Shown piece by piece: positions 52,140 through 64,000 of a stretch of 64,000 nucleotides of DNA. This stretch comes from Microbotryum violaceum (Eukaryota): contig CDLV01000007.1 of NCBI GenBank assembly GCA_001244265.2, positions 744,001-808,000 of the forward strand. The letters are read 5' to 3'. Under the pieces are notes generated by a model. The model saw nothing but the letters and a program-made list of their open reading frames with translations. It was not told the DNA's origin and ran no database searches. Position 1 is the first letter of the stretch, and each line of letters opens with the position of its first letter. The translations under genes were made by a program, and so were the position numbers.

Positions 52140-53465
52140 CGTGGAGCGATAATTCTTGCTGGATTGACTCAACGCTTATCGCATTGCTCTCGGTCGCCAA
52201 CGGATTGGAACCATGGCTGCAGTGTCTGGATATCCTTAACACCCATACGGCCTACGTGATTCCTCCACTTGGCGATGAGATGGTGTTGAGGCTCCGCCCT
52301 CGATATTTGGCACTCGAGCTATGGGATGCGATTCGCGAATACACAGCATTGGCTCGAAAGTTTGATATGAAACCGGCGGCGAAGGCCATTGAAGCATACA
52401 CACAATTACGAGAACGGATGATTTCCACTGTGGTTGGGATGTCGAAAGAGCGCGGAAGCCATTTTACAACTCCATTTAAGCGGGGGAGTTATAGTAGCCC
52501 AGTAGTCAGTCAATCACTCAGCAAACCCCGCCCTCCCAAGACGATTAAAACTGGACGCTAATCATCACTTTTTTCGGCAGACCTGGCTCGAGACACTTCA
52601 CTCGTTCACCGTCGATCATCCGCTTCTGCCAAGCGCTGTCACGGTGAATGAGCCCGACCGAACTCTCGTCGAATTACATCTTCAACGAGCCGGGTATTGC
52701 ACTGTTTGCAACTGCATTCAGATTGAGGTGTCCCCAAGACTACAATTTGTGGTTGACTGGCCCCTTCTCATCTCAAGTTTCCACCTGCCTTCGCATTCGC
52801 TGGAAACGTTGTCGGACGTCCTCGCCTCAATCGTTGGGCAACCGTTGAAATTGTACACAGAGGCAAAGAATTCAGGCCGTCGGCATCACAAGCGCAATTG
52901 CCCCGGAGGCTCTTACGTGCAATTCGTTTCAATCACCTCGCTCCCCCGTGTGATTGTGATCAACATCAACAATATTTACCCGGAACATCCACTGGCCCCA
53001 GCTGAGCTACGCTTCGGTGTTTCGGACCAAATGCCAGAGATGGTCTGGCGCCTTCGGTCAGGAGTGTACAACATCAACAATTCATATTTCGTTACGAACG
53101 CGACAGTTGGATACGGGCAAGAGGCCGCATGCTATCATTTCGACGCAATTAAAGGCTCTCTCGCTAGGCCGATAGGGGACAGGAACGCTGGCGGATTAGT
53201 TTCCGTTCTTCTCTACGAGCTAGAAGAGGAGTCATTGAACTTCTTGCAAGCCTTCAACCTAATGCTAACGCGGCAGCGGCACGAAATGTGGAGTCTATAC
53301 CATGAGCCCTCCGATCCTACCGATATCGGCATTAAAGTGTCAAGTCTACCACCCAAAGGGACTCTTGAAGAAGGACAAGGTGTCTGGAAGATGGAAGATG
53401 CGTCGGCTTTTTTTCATGAATGCGAGATAGTGAGTGTCGGGAACGCCAAAAAAGCAGATCAATAG
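52140..53465 (+). CDS. USP/peptidase C19-like papain-fold domain inside the transposon (spliced; catalytic His apparently Tyr)
   Basis: Cys box WSDNSCWIDSTLIALL (Cys 52157), CTVC..C, ITSLPRVIVINI, His-box-like WRLRSGVYNINNSYFVT...CYHFDA; intron about 52506-52580. Confidence 0.55.
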
Positions 53466-53786
53466 AGCTGACGATGCTCTCCTCTTACAACGTTTTCCAG
53501 CGGTGCAGTGCTCCTGGAGGAAATCACAGTGGGGAACATTCATGTTGATGGCAAGTTTGACTCACAAAGTTGTGCCCCAGTGGTCCAGTAAAGTTTTAGC
53601 CTTGTCAATCACTAATGTACTGTACAGTAGGGGCTATGATAGCGGTCAGCAATAGTATGTATAAATAAACTTAGTGAAAAAATGGGCATGGCGATACTTT
53701 GACAACCACTGGTGTGCGGAAAGAGTCAATTATTCACCAGCAGCAGCCAGTGCTCTTTGCGCGCGAGCGTATAGCGTATCCTTACG

Positions 53787-54051
53787 CATGTCACGTGCGC
53801 GCGCGGGCGTATCCTTACACATGTCGACACATGTAAGGATACGAGGGTGCGGTAAGGATACGGGAGGTGCGGTAAGGACACAGAAATTTTGAATCACTAC
53901 AAGTCTTGCAATACACATGCTATCGTGTAGTCCTTGCAGACACCGTTCAGAAATAGTTATATGTTGATGTTACAATATCAAGATGAACAGATTTGGTTGT
54001 GTATTGACCTTAACTCATGTGTAAGGATATATCCTTACATGTATACAAGCC
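53787..54051 (-). repeat. Right TIR
   Basis: Reverse complement of 46700-46964. Confidence 0.95.
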
Positions 54052-54238
54052 GTGTCCGGGGCCAGGCGCCAAGCCACGAGCGAGCGGTCGATCGCGCGAC
54101 TCGGCGACGGGGACTTGGGGCTCACTCGACTAATGAAGCGAACGGCGAACGCTTCCTTTCGACATACAACTCACATTCATCTCCACTTCAATTTTCTATC
54201 TTCTCCACATTTGGCTACCAGTTCGACAAAGAGCGAGT

Positions 54239-55701
54239 ATGGATGCTCATGCTCGACCACATCGGCCACGGCACATGTCGATGCCTCAACAGAATGGAGC
54301 ATCGTCTCGGCCTCGACGCTGTGCTTCGACCGTGGGGGTGACATCGTTCGTTCCGTCCAAGTTGAGGCTCGAAACCAGACACTCGTCGATCGCGCGCTCT
54401 CATATAGGTGGTGTAGTGCCCTTTCCTCTATCACCTCCACTACGTACTACTCGAGCGTCTGATCAAGTGCAATACCGCTCATCGACGATACAAACCCTGA
54501 AAAATGATTCCGATTCAGGCTCGGACGACGACGACGATGATCTACCGCTCTCGCACGTCGTCGGCTCCCGTCGTTCGTCGGTCCGCCTCCACTCGGCGCC
54601 ATCATCGCGCTCGCACGTTTCGGTCTCGACGAAATGCAGATCAAGGCCGTCTTCGAGTTTGGTCCGTTTCGGATCAAACCCCTCGATCTATCATTATCCC
54701 CAACATGCACCAATGATGCTCACCTCCGCGTCGCATCGTCGACACACGTTCAACGATCTCAATTCTCCCCACCTTCTGTCGTCAAATCTCGTCGGTAGCA
54801 CTCAGAGCGGTCAGAACTCCCACCAGTGGATGGTCAGACACTCTCCAAGACAACAGCTCGTTATAAAAGATTGGAAAACGTGCGATAAAAGATCTGTTCT
54901 GGCCGAGAGTATGATTGTTCCAGTCTCGACTCCTCTCTCACCGCTCCCTTCCCCCACGAGACTGGACATGGATAAACTCGACAAGCGGCATCGGTCGAGC
55001 TTGACGAGGTCCGTTTTAAATCAGACGATTGTAACCCGCGCACTGGTCACTGACTCATACCTTTTTGGGTCTTTCCAATTCACAGACTTCAATCTTTAGT
55101 CACCTTGTCGTTCGAAGGTGCAGAACTGAAGAAACAGTTTGAAGAACGTCAAAGCGTCGAAGCGAAGGAGATGGCTGCTCGCGATCTTCGACGTCGGCAG
55201 ACACTGGTTCACACTGCAAGCGAGCCCGTGCCGAAGGATGGCGAGAAGCCTTGTAAACTTGTACGAGGCATTCCCCCTCCCAAGGATCATAAAAGTCGAC
55301 GACCTTTCTTGGCTTCCCTTTTCTCATGCTTCAAGAGCAATTCCGCCTCCGCCACGCCGCGAGAGGAGCCTCAAGGCACCCCTCGAACAACAACCCTCGA
55401 CGCGCCAAGACTCAACACCTCCTCATCAATTGATGAGAAAGAACCCTTCACCAACTTGAACCATTCACGGGCAAGCTTACGACCCCACCTCGCCTCGACG
55501 CATTCGCGCACTGACAGTCTCGAACAAGTTGTCGTCGATTGGCGCGCCTCGAGAAAAGCTTCATCGACCCCCGCTGCAGGCGTTCGATCCCCTTTCCCTC
55601 CCTTTCCCAACTCTACGATTCGCTCGAACGTCCCTGGCTCGACGAGAAATTCAACTTCGGCGACCAAGAAACTTTTGAAACATTCCTGGCTGGATTACTA
55701 A
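54239..55701 (+). CDS. Ser/Arg-rich low-complexity hypothetical protein, probably spliced
   Basis: ORFs of 286 aa and 198 aa with a DDDDDLPLSHV motif; start uncertain. Confidence 0.45.
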
Positions 55702-55874
55702 CCTATCCGATCCTCGAGGAAATCCTCCTACGCCACTCGAGATCACTGCTGCGTTCTGTCTGTGACTCTCATCGCATTTTTTAATCTTTGATCCCATTTG
55801 CATCTTCTGTTTATGACGATATCTATCTGAAGTACACCCGTCCATGCTGTTCATGGGCCTTTTCGTAATGACAC

Positions 55875-55943
55875 TCCTTTTGGTGACGAACTTCTTTCCT
55901 TTTGGTGACGAACTTCTTTCCTTTTGGTGACGAACTTCTTTCC
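55875..55943. repeat. Minisatellite, 3 perfect copies of 22-bp TCCTTTTGGTGACGAACTTCTT
   Basis: Read directly from the sequence; lies between convergent 3' ends. Confidence 0.95.
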
Positions 55944-56104
55944 GTACGCCACCATTAGACGAGCTGAGCGCCGATGTTTCGAACGAGTTCGTGAGAATCT
56001 TCTCAAAGAGGTATGGCGTGCAGAGAGTCTTTGATTACATAATCAAGGAGTACGCACTGAGAAGATTCATTGATACCTTGAACGACTCAAGATTGCACCC
56101 CTCT

Positions 56105-58574
56105 TCACGTCGACCACTCAGGCGGGATGGCGGAAGGTGGTCTGGTCGTGGACGGACTGACCCCCTCATTCCTATCCCTTTTGACCGCTTCCAAAACCTT
56201 TGCCGTCGGAGGCCTAACCCTGTTCGTATCCACAGCTTCGATGGGCAACTCGAACCTCTCCTCCAAACACCCATAAGCCTTGGGCGTCAACTTGATGACC
56301 GTATGCAACGGGATCTTGAGGTAGGGCAATTCCTCCTGGCTCAGATTATGGAAATAAGCATACAAGCACCTCAGAACGGCTTGATGACAAACGACGAGAA
56401 TGTTTTCCTGTCGTTCGAGTTCGATTATGACGGGTTCGAGACGAATCACGACGTCGCGGTAGGACTCGCCCCCTCGGTAGCGGTAGTTGAACTTGTCGTC
56501 GTCACGGGCGGCGTAGTCCTCGGGGTAGTACTCCTCGATTTCTTCGTAGGTCATACCGTCGCAGACCCCGGCGTCAAGTTCGTCCAGGGACTTCCAGGTC
56601 AATTTCTCGTACGGCAGCAGAGAAGCGGTTTGAATCGTGCGTCGAAGCGTCGAGGTCCATACCTGCACGTGAGGGACGGCTTCAGTCTCCGTACCTTCGA
56701 GTCTGAGATGGAAAGGGATTGAACCACTCACCGTTAATGGCCTATCGCCAAACTTTTCCTTGATCAAACTCGGCAAGGCCCTCATGTACTGTTCGCCCTG
56801 TTTCGACAACGGCGCATCGCCACCGATTTGCCCATCGACGTTGTACTGTGATTCGCCATGTCGGGTGAAGAAGATTGATCTTGGAGTGAGGTGCAGGTTC
56901 ATGAGATAAAAGGCGATACGTGATTGGAGGTACCCGTCGATTCGGTTGCACGTCACCTATGGCACGCAAGAATGGCACGCAAGGATTCGTCGGCACGGCT
57001 GGGCATTCGACTCTGAAGACTCGATTTGTACCTACATGCTGCCCCACATTGACCATCTTGCAGAACGTCACCTCCTTGTCCAAGGTCTCGTCGAGTGGCT
57101 CGTACTTGTCCTCGTAGTGCCGAATACGAGCTCGGAAGTCCGCCTCGGCCTGGATTTTGTCCTGCCCATCGTAGTCGGGATCGCCGGAAGCGACCTTGAC
57201 GGCGATGTTGGCTTCGATCGTCGCTGGGTCGGTGCAGATCGACTCGATAAAGAGAAGCGTCAAGCCTGGTTCTTGCTTGATGCGATCGACGAGTGCTTGT
57301 CGCCGTTTCCGGGTCGTGTTCGTCGCGTCTAGTCGGAGGGGAGCATGAGTAACTCACACATTCGCCCGAGAGCACCTTCTCTTCGCGAACTGACCGTGAA
57401 TCCCGACGTTTCCTCCCGCCTTGAGCCAACTGATCAAATCCTCCAAGCATTCTGCGGCCATGGCTTCGCGTTCCTTGGAGGCATCGGCGTTGTTAGCGTC
57501 GAAAAAGTTGGCGGACTGATCGGCCTTTTCGCCCGTCGATTCGGCCATCTTTCGGTACTTTTTCCTGCGTAGTTGACCGACATTGAAGACCTGTTTGAGT
57601 TGAATTAGGATGAGTTCGGTTTTATGTACAACCTGGTAGTTCAGACAGAGAAGCAGGTGGCGGATCGTCAACTCACTTTGACCTGTATGGCGGTCAAGAG
57701 CAAATCATCAGCACAAGCATCACTAGATCTAGTCCTAGGCCACACACTCACCTCATATTCGAGCCACTACCAGTGAGAACAATACGGGAACATTCGATCA
57801 GCATGGACCATCCGTCCCGAAAGAAAGAAGGCTCCCAACGCACGAGAAGGTATCGCATTAGCTTGTTGCTGAGATAGCTCTTGCCCCTGGCGGGTAATCC
57901 GACCATGGCGACAACGATCTTGGCCTCCGAATAGTCAGGTTTCTCGACTGTAGTTCAGATCCAATGATAAGATATCAGTGACGTGTCGTGCCTGTGTTCC
58001 AGTCGACCACGTCTCCTGGCCGAGCTCTCGCGTCTGGCGATACGGGACGGGCGAGGTGCTCAAGACTGACTGGTGTTGCCGGCGGACATGCCAAACGTAG
58101 GATCGATCGTTCGTTGAGTAGCCGAGGTGATATTGGAAACGACCGATGATTGGGACGAGTTGGCGGTCGAGTAAGGCCTGCACCCAGTCATGCGTATCAT
58201 CCATTGTTTCAGCTCGATCGGGCCTTCCACTGGTACGACTGCGCCGAAACTGACCAGGTTCCTTCTGCGCCCCCCGTAGCAGCCCCCTCCTGGTTAGGCG
58301 AGACCATAGGACTATTATCCCTACTTGCCCAACCAGGCAAAGGATCACTAGCATACCGTTCGGGCGTCGGACTGATCGCGCTCGGTAAGGAGAACGGACT
58401 CGGACCAGGCGGACGGGGTCGAGACCCGATTGAGGAAGAGCGATTGATCGCCCCGGGGTGGTTGCGATTCAAAGAGGTTGAGCGGGAGATGCTGGTCGAG
58501 GAAGAGGGGGATAGGGTTGGTGATCGGGTCGCAGAGAAGGGGGGAGAGGCGTGTGACGGTGGCGAGGAAGGCAT
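56105..58574 (-). CDS. Bifunctional 6-phosphofructo-2-kinase/fructose-2,6-bisphosphatase
   Basis: VAMVGLPARGKSY, VFNVGQLRR, DATNTTR, FFTRHGES (intact catalytic His), LDELDAG, YRYRGGESY, CHQAVLRC. Confidence 0.93.
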
Positions 58575-58817
58575 CGCGGGCGATGGGGCAGCGCTGAACG
58601 ATGTCGCACGAGGTCAAGCCAAGGAAGGGATCGGCGGCGGCGCGCAGCTCGTGGCGCCCGCACCCGGGGGGGAAGTGGGGCCCAATCGAGTGCCAGACGC
58701 TGAGGGAAGGCGGCCCGTCTTCGGAACTCGGGCTGCCATGTCCATACGGATGCTCTCAAGAAATGATTCATCGTAGAAAATTTGGTATCTTTTGTATTTA
58801 CCAAACTACATTGATCA

Positions 58818-60170
58818 TTATCGTCTCTTCATAGCCGAGCACAACAGCGCCGCGCTGCCCAGCCTGACCCGCACGTCCTGGTGGTCGACATCGTGAGCTG
58901 CCGAAACGTCAAGGAGACCAGATCATCAGTGACTCCTGTCACTATAAACACTAAGCTGCACAGATCACTCACTGTCTTCTACCTCTCCCCATCGGTTGAT
59001 CTGACTTTGGACCTCGACGTGGGCGCACTTGGCCGCCTCATCGACCGACAAATGCCCCTCGACCAAGCCCAACGCGATCAGATAACTCTTGCTTGCCAAG
59101 ACAGCTCGCTCAAAGGCTGTGAAGAGTTGTCCGATTCAGCGGCGACGACGTGAATCGGTTAGGAAACGATGAATGTCCAGACTGACCCGCGAGCTTGTAC
59201 TCGTCATAATCGGCAACGACACCCCCAAGCTTGACGATCGTCGGATCGGGCTGTTTGGTATTGAGAATCCCTTCGTACTTGATGAGCTCGACGTCGTACG
59301 TCTTGCGCACCCAGTCGAGTAGCGGGTTCCAATGCGCATCCTGCAGTGTGACGAGGTGGTCCGGTTCTTCTTCGTGGAAGCTGGTGCGGGAAACGAAGGA
59401 CGCATTAGAAACGGCGACTTCAACGCTTTCGCCACCTTATGATACGCACCAAACTGTGTCGGTATCGAGATATCGGAGCAAGTTGGCCACGACTTCTGCT
59501 CGCACGTCGGGCGTGCTTAACCCGTCGATCGCTCGGGAGATGATCGAAGTCTGCGCGCAGAGAGGCAGACTCATGAACTGTTTCTCCCTATTGAGGCAAC
59601 AGCAAGAATCACATGAAAGGTCGCACCATGGGTAGTGTGTGGGGCTTCAGAACGGCGAGCTGGTTTTCCCATTCCTCTGCGATGAGTACGGCGACGGCGA
59701 GTTGCTGCTTCGGGAGACTGATCTTGGTCCCTCCCGGTGTCTTGAGCGTGCGCTTGTCCAACATGACGGCGTAGGTACCTGTCAATCGAGGCGCAAGTCT
59801 CAGCCTTTGGGTTAGGAACCCTAGTGGCTTGAGCAAATTCCGAATTGGCTGACCGTCAGGTTGAGGCGACACCGAGACCGTCTTCCAGAACCGTCGCATC
59901 ATTTTCTCCGCTCCTGCACTTGCCGAATTTCATCACTATTTGTTCATGCGAATTTACATGCACTCTTATCGACTCACTTGATGTCTGCGGCTCAGCAGGG
60001 TTGCCCGGTGCAGTGGCAGCGACATCGGCATCGGCAGCAAAGGGCCCTCGAACATGCTGTGTCTGCAAAGAACCGGCAGAGCGAACAAAGATCCTCGATG
60101 GAGTTGCTGCAGTTGGTGTTGAAGTCGAGGCTATTGTCCGGACGAAAGACCGGGCTGTTGAGCGGAACAT
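58818..60170 (-). CDS. ATP12: Mitochondrial F1-ATPase assembly chaperone Atp12
   Basis: RRFWKTV, LDKRTLKTPGG, IAEEWENQ, LRYLDTDTV, WGEVED, HDVDHQDVRVRLGSAALL. Confidence 0.9.
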
Positions 60171-60551
60171 ATTTTGGGAGGTGATCGGCGGGTGAGCGGC
60201 TGGGCCGGCTGGGGGTTACAGCGGACTTCGCAAGTGTCTGGCGCGAGAGCGCAACTTGGCTCCGATCGCGGAGTCTCGCGGAGTCGCCTGCAGTAACTAA
60301 GTAGCGCGAGGGCTCGATCTGTCTCCGCATCTTAGCTTCTTGACCTATCTATATACCTGTAACCCACATCCTTTTACACATACGTCAATTGCATTAGGGT
60401 GAGTTCTATTTGCCTAGCCGGAGCTCATCAAGGGTTCAGATCCTCACCACCGCGCGCTTCTCAATCGACAGCTCTCCCCCGTCCCCCGTCCTGCGTCATC
60501 GCCCTCCGTTCCCAACCTTCCAACGCACCAACCTTTGCACGAAATCCCACC

Positions 60552-61097
60552 ATGTCAGGCCCCTCAACCCGAGCCGCTCGAGCGACCTACCACCCTCACT
60601 CCGGTGCCCGCATTTCCGAAGGACTCGCCCGAGCCCGGCGACCGTTCCGCACCCAAAACGCCATCACCGGTGCCCTCATCTTTGGCTTCGCAACCGCGGT
60701 CTACCTCTACTCGATCCGCGCCGTCGCTCAAGACGATTTCTCCGACCTTGATGCTCCCGTTCAAAGGGAGGGTTTGAGGAGTCTCGAGGATGAACAGAAG
60801 GAACGGGAGAGACTCAAGGCGGAGAGGGTCAGAGAATGGGAAACGAGCGCTGTCTCAACCACTGCGGCGCCGATCCTCGAGACCGCTCAAAAGGTTGAGC
60901 AACAAGTGGAGGAACGTCGAGGGTTGTTGAATGGCGTGGTCGGGAAGAGCGTCGCTGGGATCTTGACTGAACGAGGGATTTGGAACGGTAAAGGGCATGC
61001 GTCGTCCATCATCCCCAAAGCACCCGACGTCGATAGGATCGGCACCCTCTGGGACAACCGAGCCAGGACCGTCCAGGAGGGGCCGAAACTCGTTTGA
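60552..61097 (+). CDS. COA3: Cytochrome c oxidase assembly factor 3-like
   Basis: SEGLARARRPFRTQNAITGALIFGFATAVYLYSIRAVAQDDFSDL. Confidence 0.8.
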   Translation: MSGPSTRAARATYHPHSGARISEGLARARRPFRTQNAITGALIFGFATAVYLYSIRAVAQDDFSDLDAPVQREGLRSLEDEQKERERLKAERVREWETSAVSTTAAPILETAQKVEQQVEERRGLLNGVVGKSVAGILTERGIWNGKGHASSIIPKAPDVDRIGTLWDNRARTVQEGPKLV

Positions 61098-62731
61098 ATC
61101 CAGAGCTCGGAAATCATCGCTTTCCTCTCGACCCCATCTATCCTTTGTATTTGTCACAAGTCCTCTCTTGCAAACCCTCATCCTACGTGATAATACAAAC
61201 AACATATCCACGCTCGACTACGATCTCAGACGGGTTCTCCCGATCCGGTGAGGTAATCGCCGCGAACGAGCTCTCTTCGGTCCCGAAACCCGGTCCGCGC
61301 GTTGCACGTGGATATCCCAACCTTGAAGGTGTTCGAGGCACATGCCTCACTTTCTCACGCATGACACATCCACATGTTGCTTCGGATCGGAAGTGAATCA
61401 GAACGTGAAGTCCTATTTCTCAATCGCTACATTCGTTGGCACCCTCATCACACTGGTAGCTTCCGCTCCCCTCAAGGAAAAAGACATCAATGTCACATCG
61501 TATGTCCCATCCAACTTTCCAAGTCGACTCTGACACAGCTCGAGACAGATCACATCGCGCGTGCGCGCCTTTCCCGTCCCCTATCCTATCTTCACAGTCG
61601 TCGGCCCTACGCGGGCTTCCAACAATCATTGATCACTTGCTCGTCAGTCCTGGTGGTCATACCCCTCCTATTCACTTCCTCTTCATCAACCCACTAAAAT
61701 GAAACTCCGTCAACCCTCCCTTAGCGATTGCATGAATTATTGCCACACTACCGGCGGAAAGTGAGGCCCTACCCCTCTTGAGAACCAAGCAGCACCGATC
61801 AGAGCCGAATGTGACGCTGACTTAAAAAACCAAAACCGCCTCCGCTCTGCGCGCCGGTTCTCACTTTCCGTCACAGAAACTGTCTTAAAAGCTGCCAATC
61901 CATTGGGTACTGCTCCCTCCAATCACCGACCGAGGCCTTTGCTGAGGACGGGGACCACGAACTCAAAATTGCAGCGGGTCATTGCTGGTGAACCTCTCAG
62001 ACTTCGGCTCCTCCTTCGCTATGAATCACTATGCGTAAACGAGTAGCGCTTCAATTAGCAGCATCCGTACATTGGTTGTGGCCGAGTCCATATTTGTACG
62101 ATGAGGGATGTGGAGCCAGGGGAGATTGCGTTTGGTCGTCACGCGTGGCCGAACGAGTTGGCATTGGAAGGGGTAGAGATTGCTGTTCATACGTTCATCA
62201 CAATCTGCGTAACTATGTTCATAATTCCGCCAAATTCGTTCATAAACCCGTGGAATCATCATGGGAGAAAGCTCGGACTCTCAAGAGAGGCTGTATCCCC
62301 GAAATTACCTCTTTTTCCCGTCACCGCAGCAAAGCTTCGGGTTTCCCTCTTGAGCTTTCGCACGGTAGTCTTGAGGCATACTACGAAAATGTGATGGTAA
62401 TGATCGTCGAATACTTCAACAAGGATCAGGTGACAAAAGGCACTGCGTCGTCCGAAACATGCCATCACCCGAGTTCGATAAGGGGCAGTCTTTCAAGTCT
62501 GCCCCGCACCGAGAAGACAATGGGATTTGCGTAGTTCGTCAGATACTTCGTGAAGTTCACCAACCTGTTTGAATCGCTCTCTACGAGCGTAGAAACGTTA
62601 CGTCTTCGGTCATTGGGCCATGTTTTTTAACATCAGCCAGTATTTGCAAACGGTACATTGATATATCATCGCTAGAGCATAGTGGTTTCAAGACCAGCAC
62701 TACCAAAATAGACTGAGGGACAAGTGCCCAC

Positions 62732-64000
62732 TCAAGCATAGAACTTCAGCACGTCCTCAACATCCTCCTTGGACCCAAGGAAGACGGGGATCCTCTGATG
62801 AATCCCAGTCGGGACAATATCCAAGATCCTCTCCCTCCCCGTCGTAGCCAACCCTCCCGCCTGTTCAGTCAAGAAGGCCATTGGGAACCCTTCGTACAAG
62901 AGACGCAGCTTGCCCGATTTGGACTTCTTGTCTTCCGGGTAACCGAAGATGCCGCCGTACAACAAGGTGCGGTGAACGTCCGCGACCATGGAGCCAATGT
63001 AGCGCGCGGAGTAGGGCTTGCCATTTGCCGGGTTCTTGACCGATTCGAGGTATTTCTTTACCGGCCTGGTGAGGTGAGAAACTCATGTGAGCTTTTCTCC
63101 TACAAAGAGGGACGCTGAAACCGAGTGAGGCGGTACTCACTCGTGGAAGAAGAGGGTATTGCCTTCGTTGAACGAGTAGATCTTGCCGCGGGGCGGGATG
63201 CGGATGTTGGGGTGTGTGAGGATGAACTCTCCAATGCCCTGCACAAGTATGGTGTTCCGAGCAGTTCAGCCGCTGCGGATCCACGGCGTTTCGAGGGCGG
63301 CCGTCAGACTCACGTTATCGAGAGTGTAACCGTCAACACCCTTTCCAGTCGAGATGACAAGGTTGGCGGACGATCCATACATGCAGTAGCTGAAACACGG
63401 AGAGCCATCCACCATTAGCCACACTGTAAGCGAGCTGGACTGCAGTTTCTGAAGCGATCCGCACTTACCCAGCAGCGACCATCTCCTTTCCGGGGCGAAG
63501 CACGTCCGATACCTGACCATCCGAACCCTCTTGGACCTTGTAGATACCAAAGATGGTACCGATATTGACACCGGCATCGATGTTGGAGCTGTCCGCAGGC
63601 AAGTCGGAGAACCCGGACCAGTCAGCATTTACAATCTCAAGATCAGAATGACTTTTAAATCAGCATTGACTCACGATCCATCGAGAGGGTCAAAGACCAC
63701 GCAGTACTTTCCACGGTACGGGATGTCGATCAAGATGGGGTCATCGTTCTCCTCGGAGATGAGAACCGAGCATTTTCCTGTGGTCGCGTAGAAGCGGAAT
63801 GAATTTAGCACATTACCTCTAATTGCACTCTCTAACTCGAATACTATTAACTGACCACATGCCCTGAGCGAGTTGATCATGATGTCGTTCGACTATGACG
63901 TGGAGGGCCGGATTCGGCGCGGACACGAACAGCCATTAGCTACGATGTGCGTATTACACAAGATTTGCAAACGCATATTGCTCACCAGAATGTCGAGCTT
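62732..64000 (-). CDS. FBP1: Fructose-1,6-bisphosphatase class 1, 5' part outside window
   Basis: [62 protein letters not shown]. Confidence 0.96.

Larger units (their letters stand above)
46700..54051 (+). mobile_element. Mutator-like (MULE) DNA transposon, 7.35 kb, disrupted autonomous copy
   Basis: 265-bp TIRs at 46700-46964 and 53787-54051, nearly identical; direct repeat GTGTCCGGGGC at 46689-46699 and 54052-54062; internal DDE transposase. Confidence 0.92.

Noticed and set aside
55875-55943. 22-bp direct repeats as a CRISPR array
   Set aside because: Repeats are contiguous with no spacers, there are no cas genes, and the context is eukaryotic; it is a minisatellite
58614-58745. Upstream ATGs (58745/58739) as the PFK-2 start, implying a 70-bp gap or dicistronic unit with ATP12
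   Set aside because: An in-frame TGA precedes ATG 58574; at most a uORF, and the TSS is unknown

Overview
Gene-dense, intron-rich eukaryotic DNA from a basidiomycete fungus. Short GT-AG introns with CTRAC branch points and the protein style suggest Pucciniomycotina/Microbotryomycetes (inference). About 20 host genes are recognisable: TAF7 (partial), MCM7, GT17 glycosyltransferase, GST-like, CHMP7-like, mitochondrial MetRS, MYND finger, PQ-loop, RAD17/Rad24, POL2, Rab6, TAP42, CFEM, SRR1, a nucleotide-sugar transporter, PFK-2/FBPase-2, ATP12, COA3 and FBP1 (partial), plus several hypotheticals. Three intergenic DNA transposon insertions have readable ends. The first is a 7.35-kb Mutator-like element (46700-54051) with 265-bp TIRs and an 11-bp direct repeat. 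It encodes a now-disrupted GCM-domain DDE transposase followed by a USP/C19-like cysteine-protease domain. The other two are non-autonomous elements of one family (19229-20428 and 37774-39862) with AGGACCCC...GGGGTCCT ends, perfect 8-bp TSDs and bipartite subterminal repeats. Gene coordinates are start-to-stop spans including introns, deduced by eye; no database searches were run.
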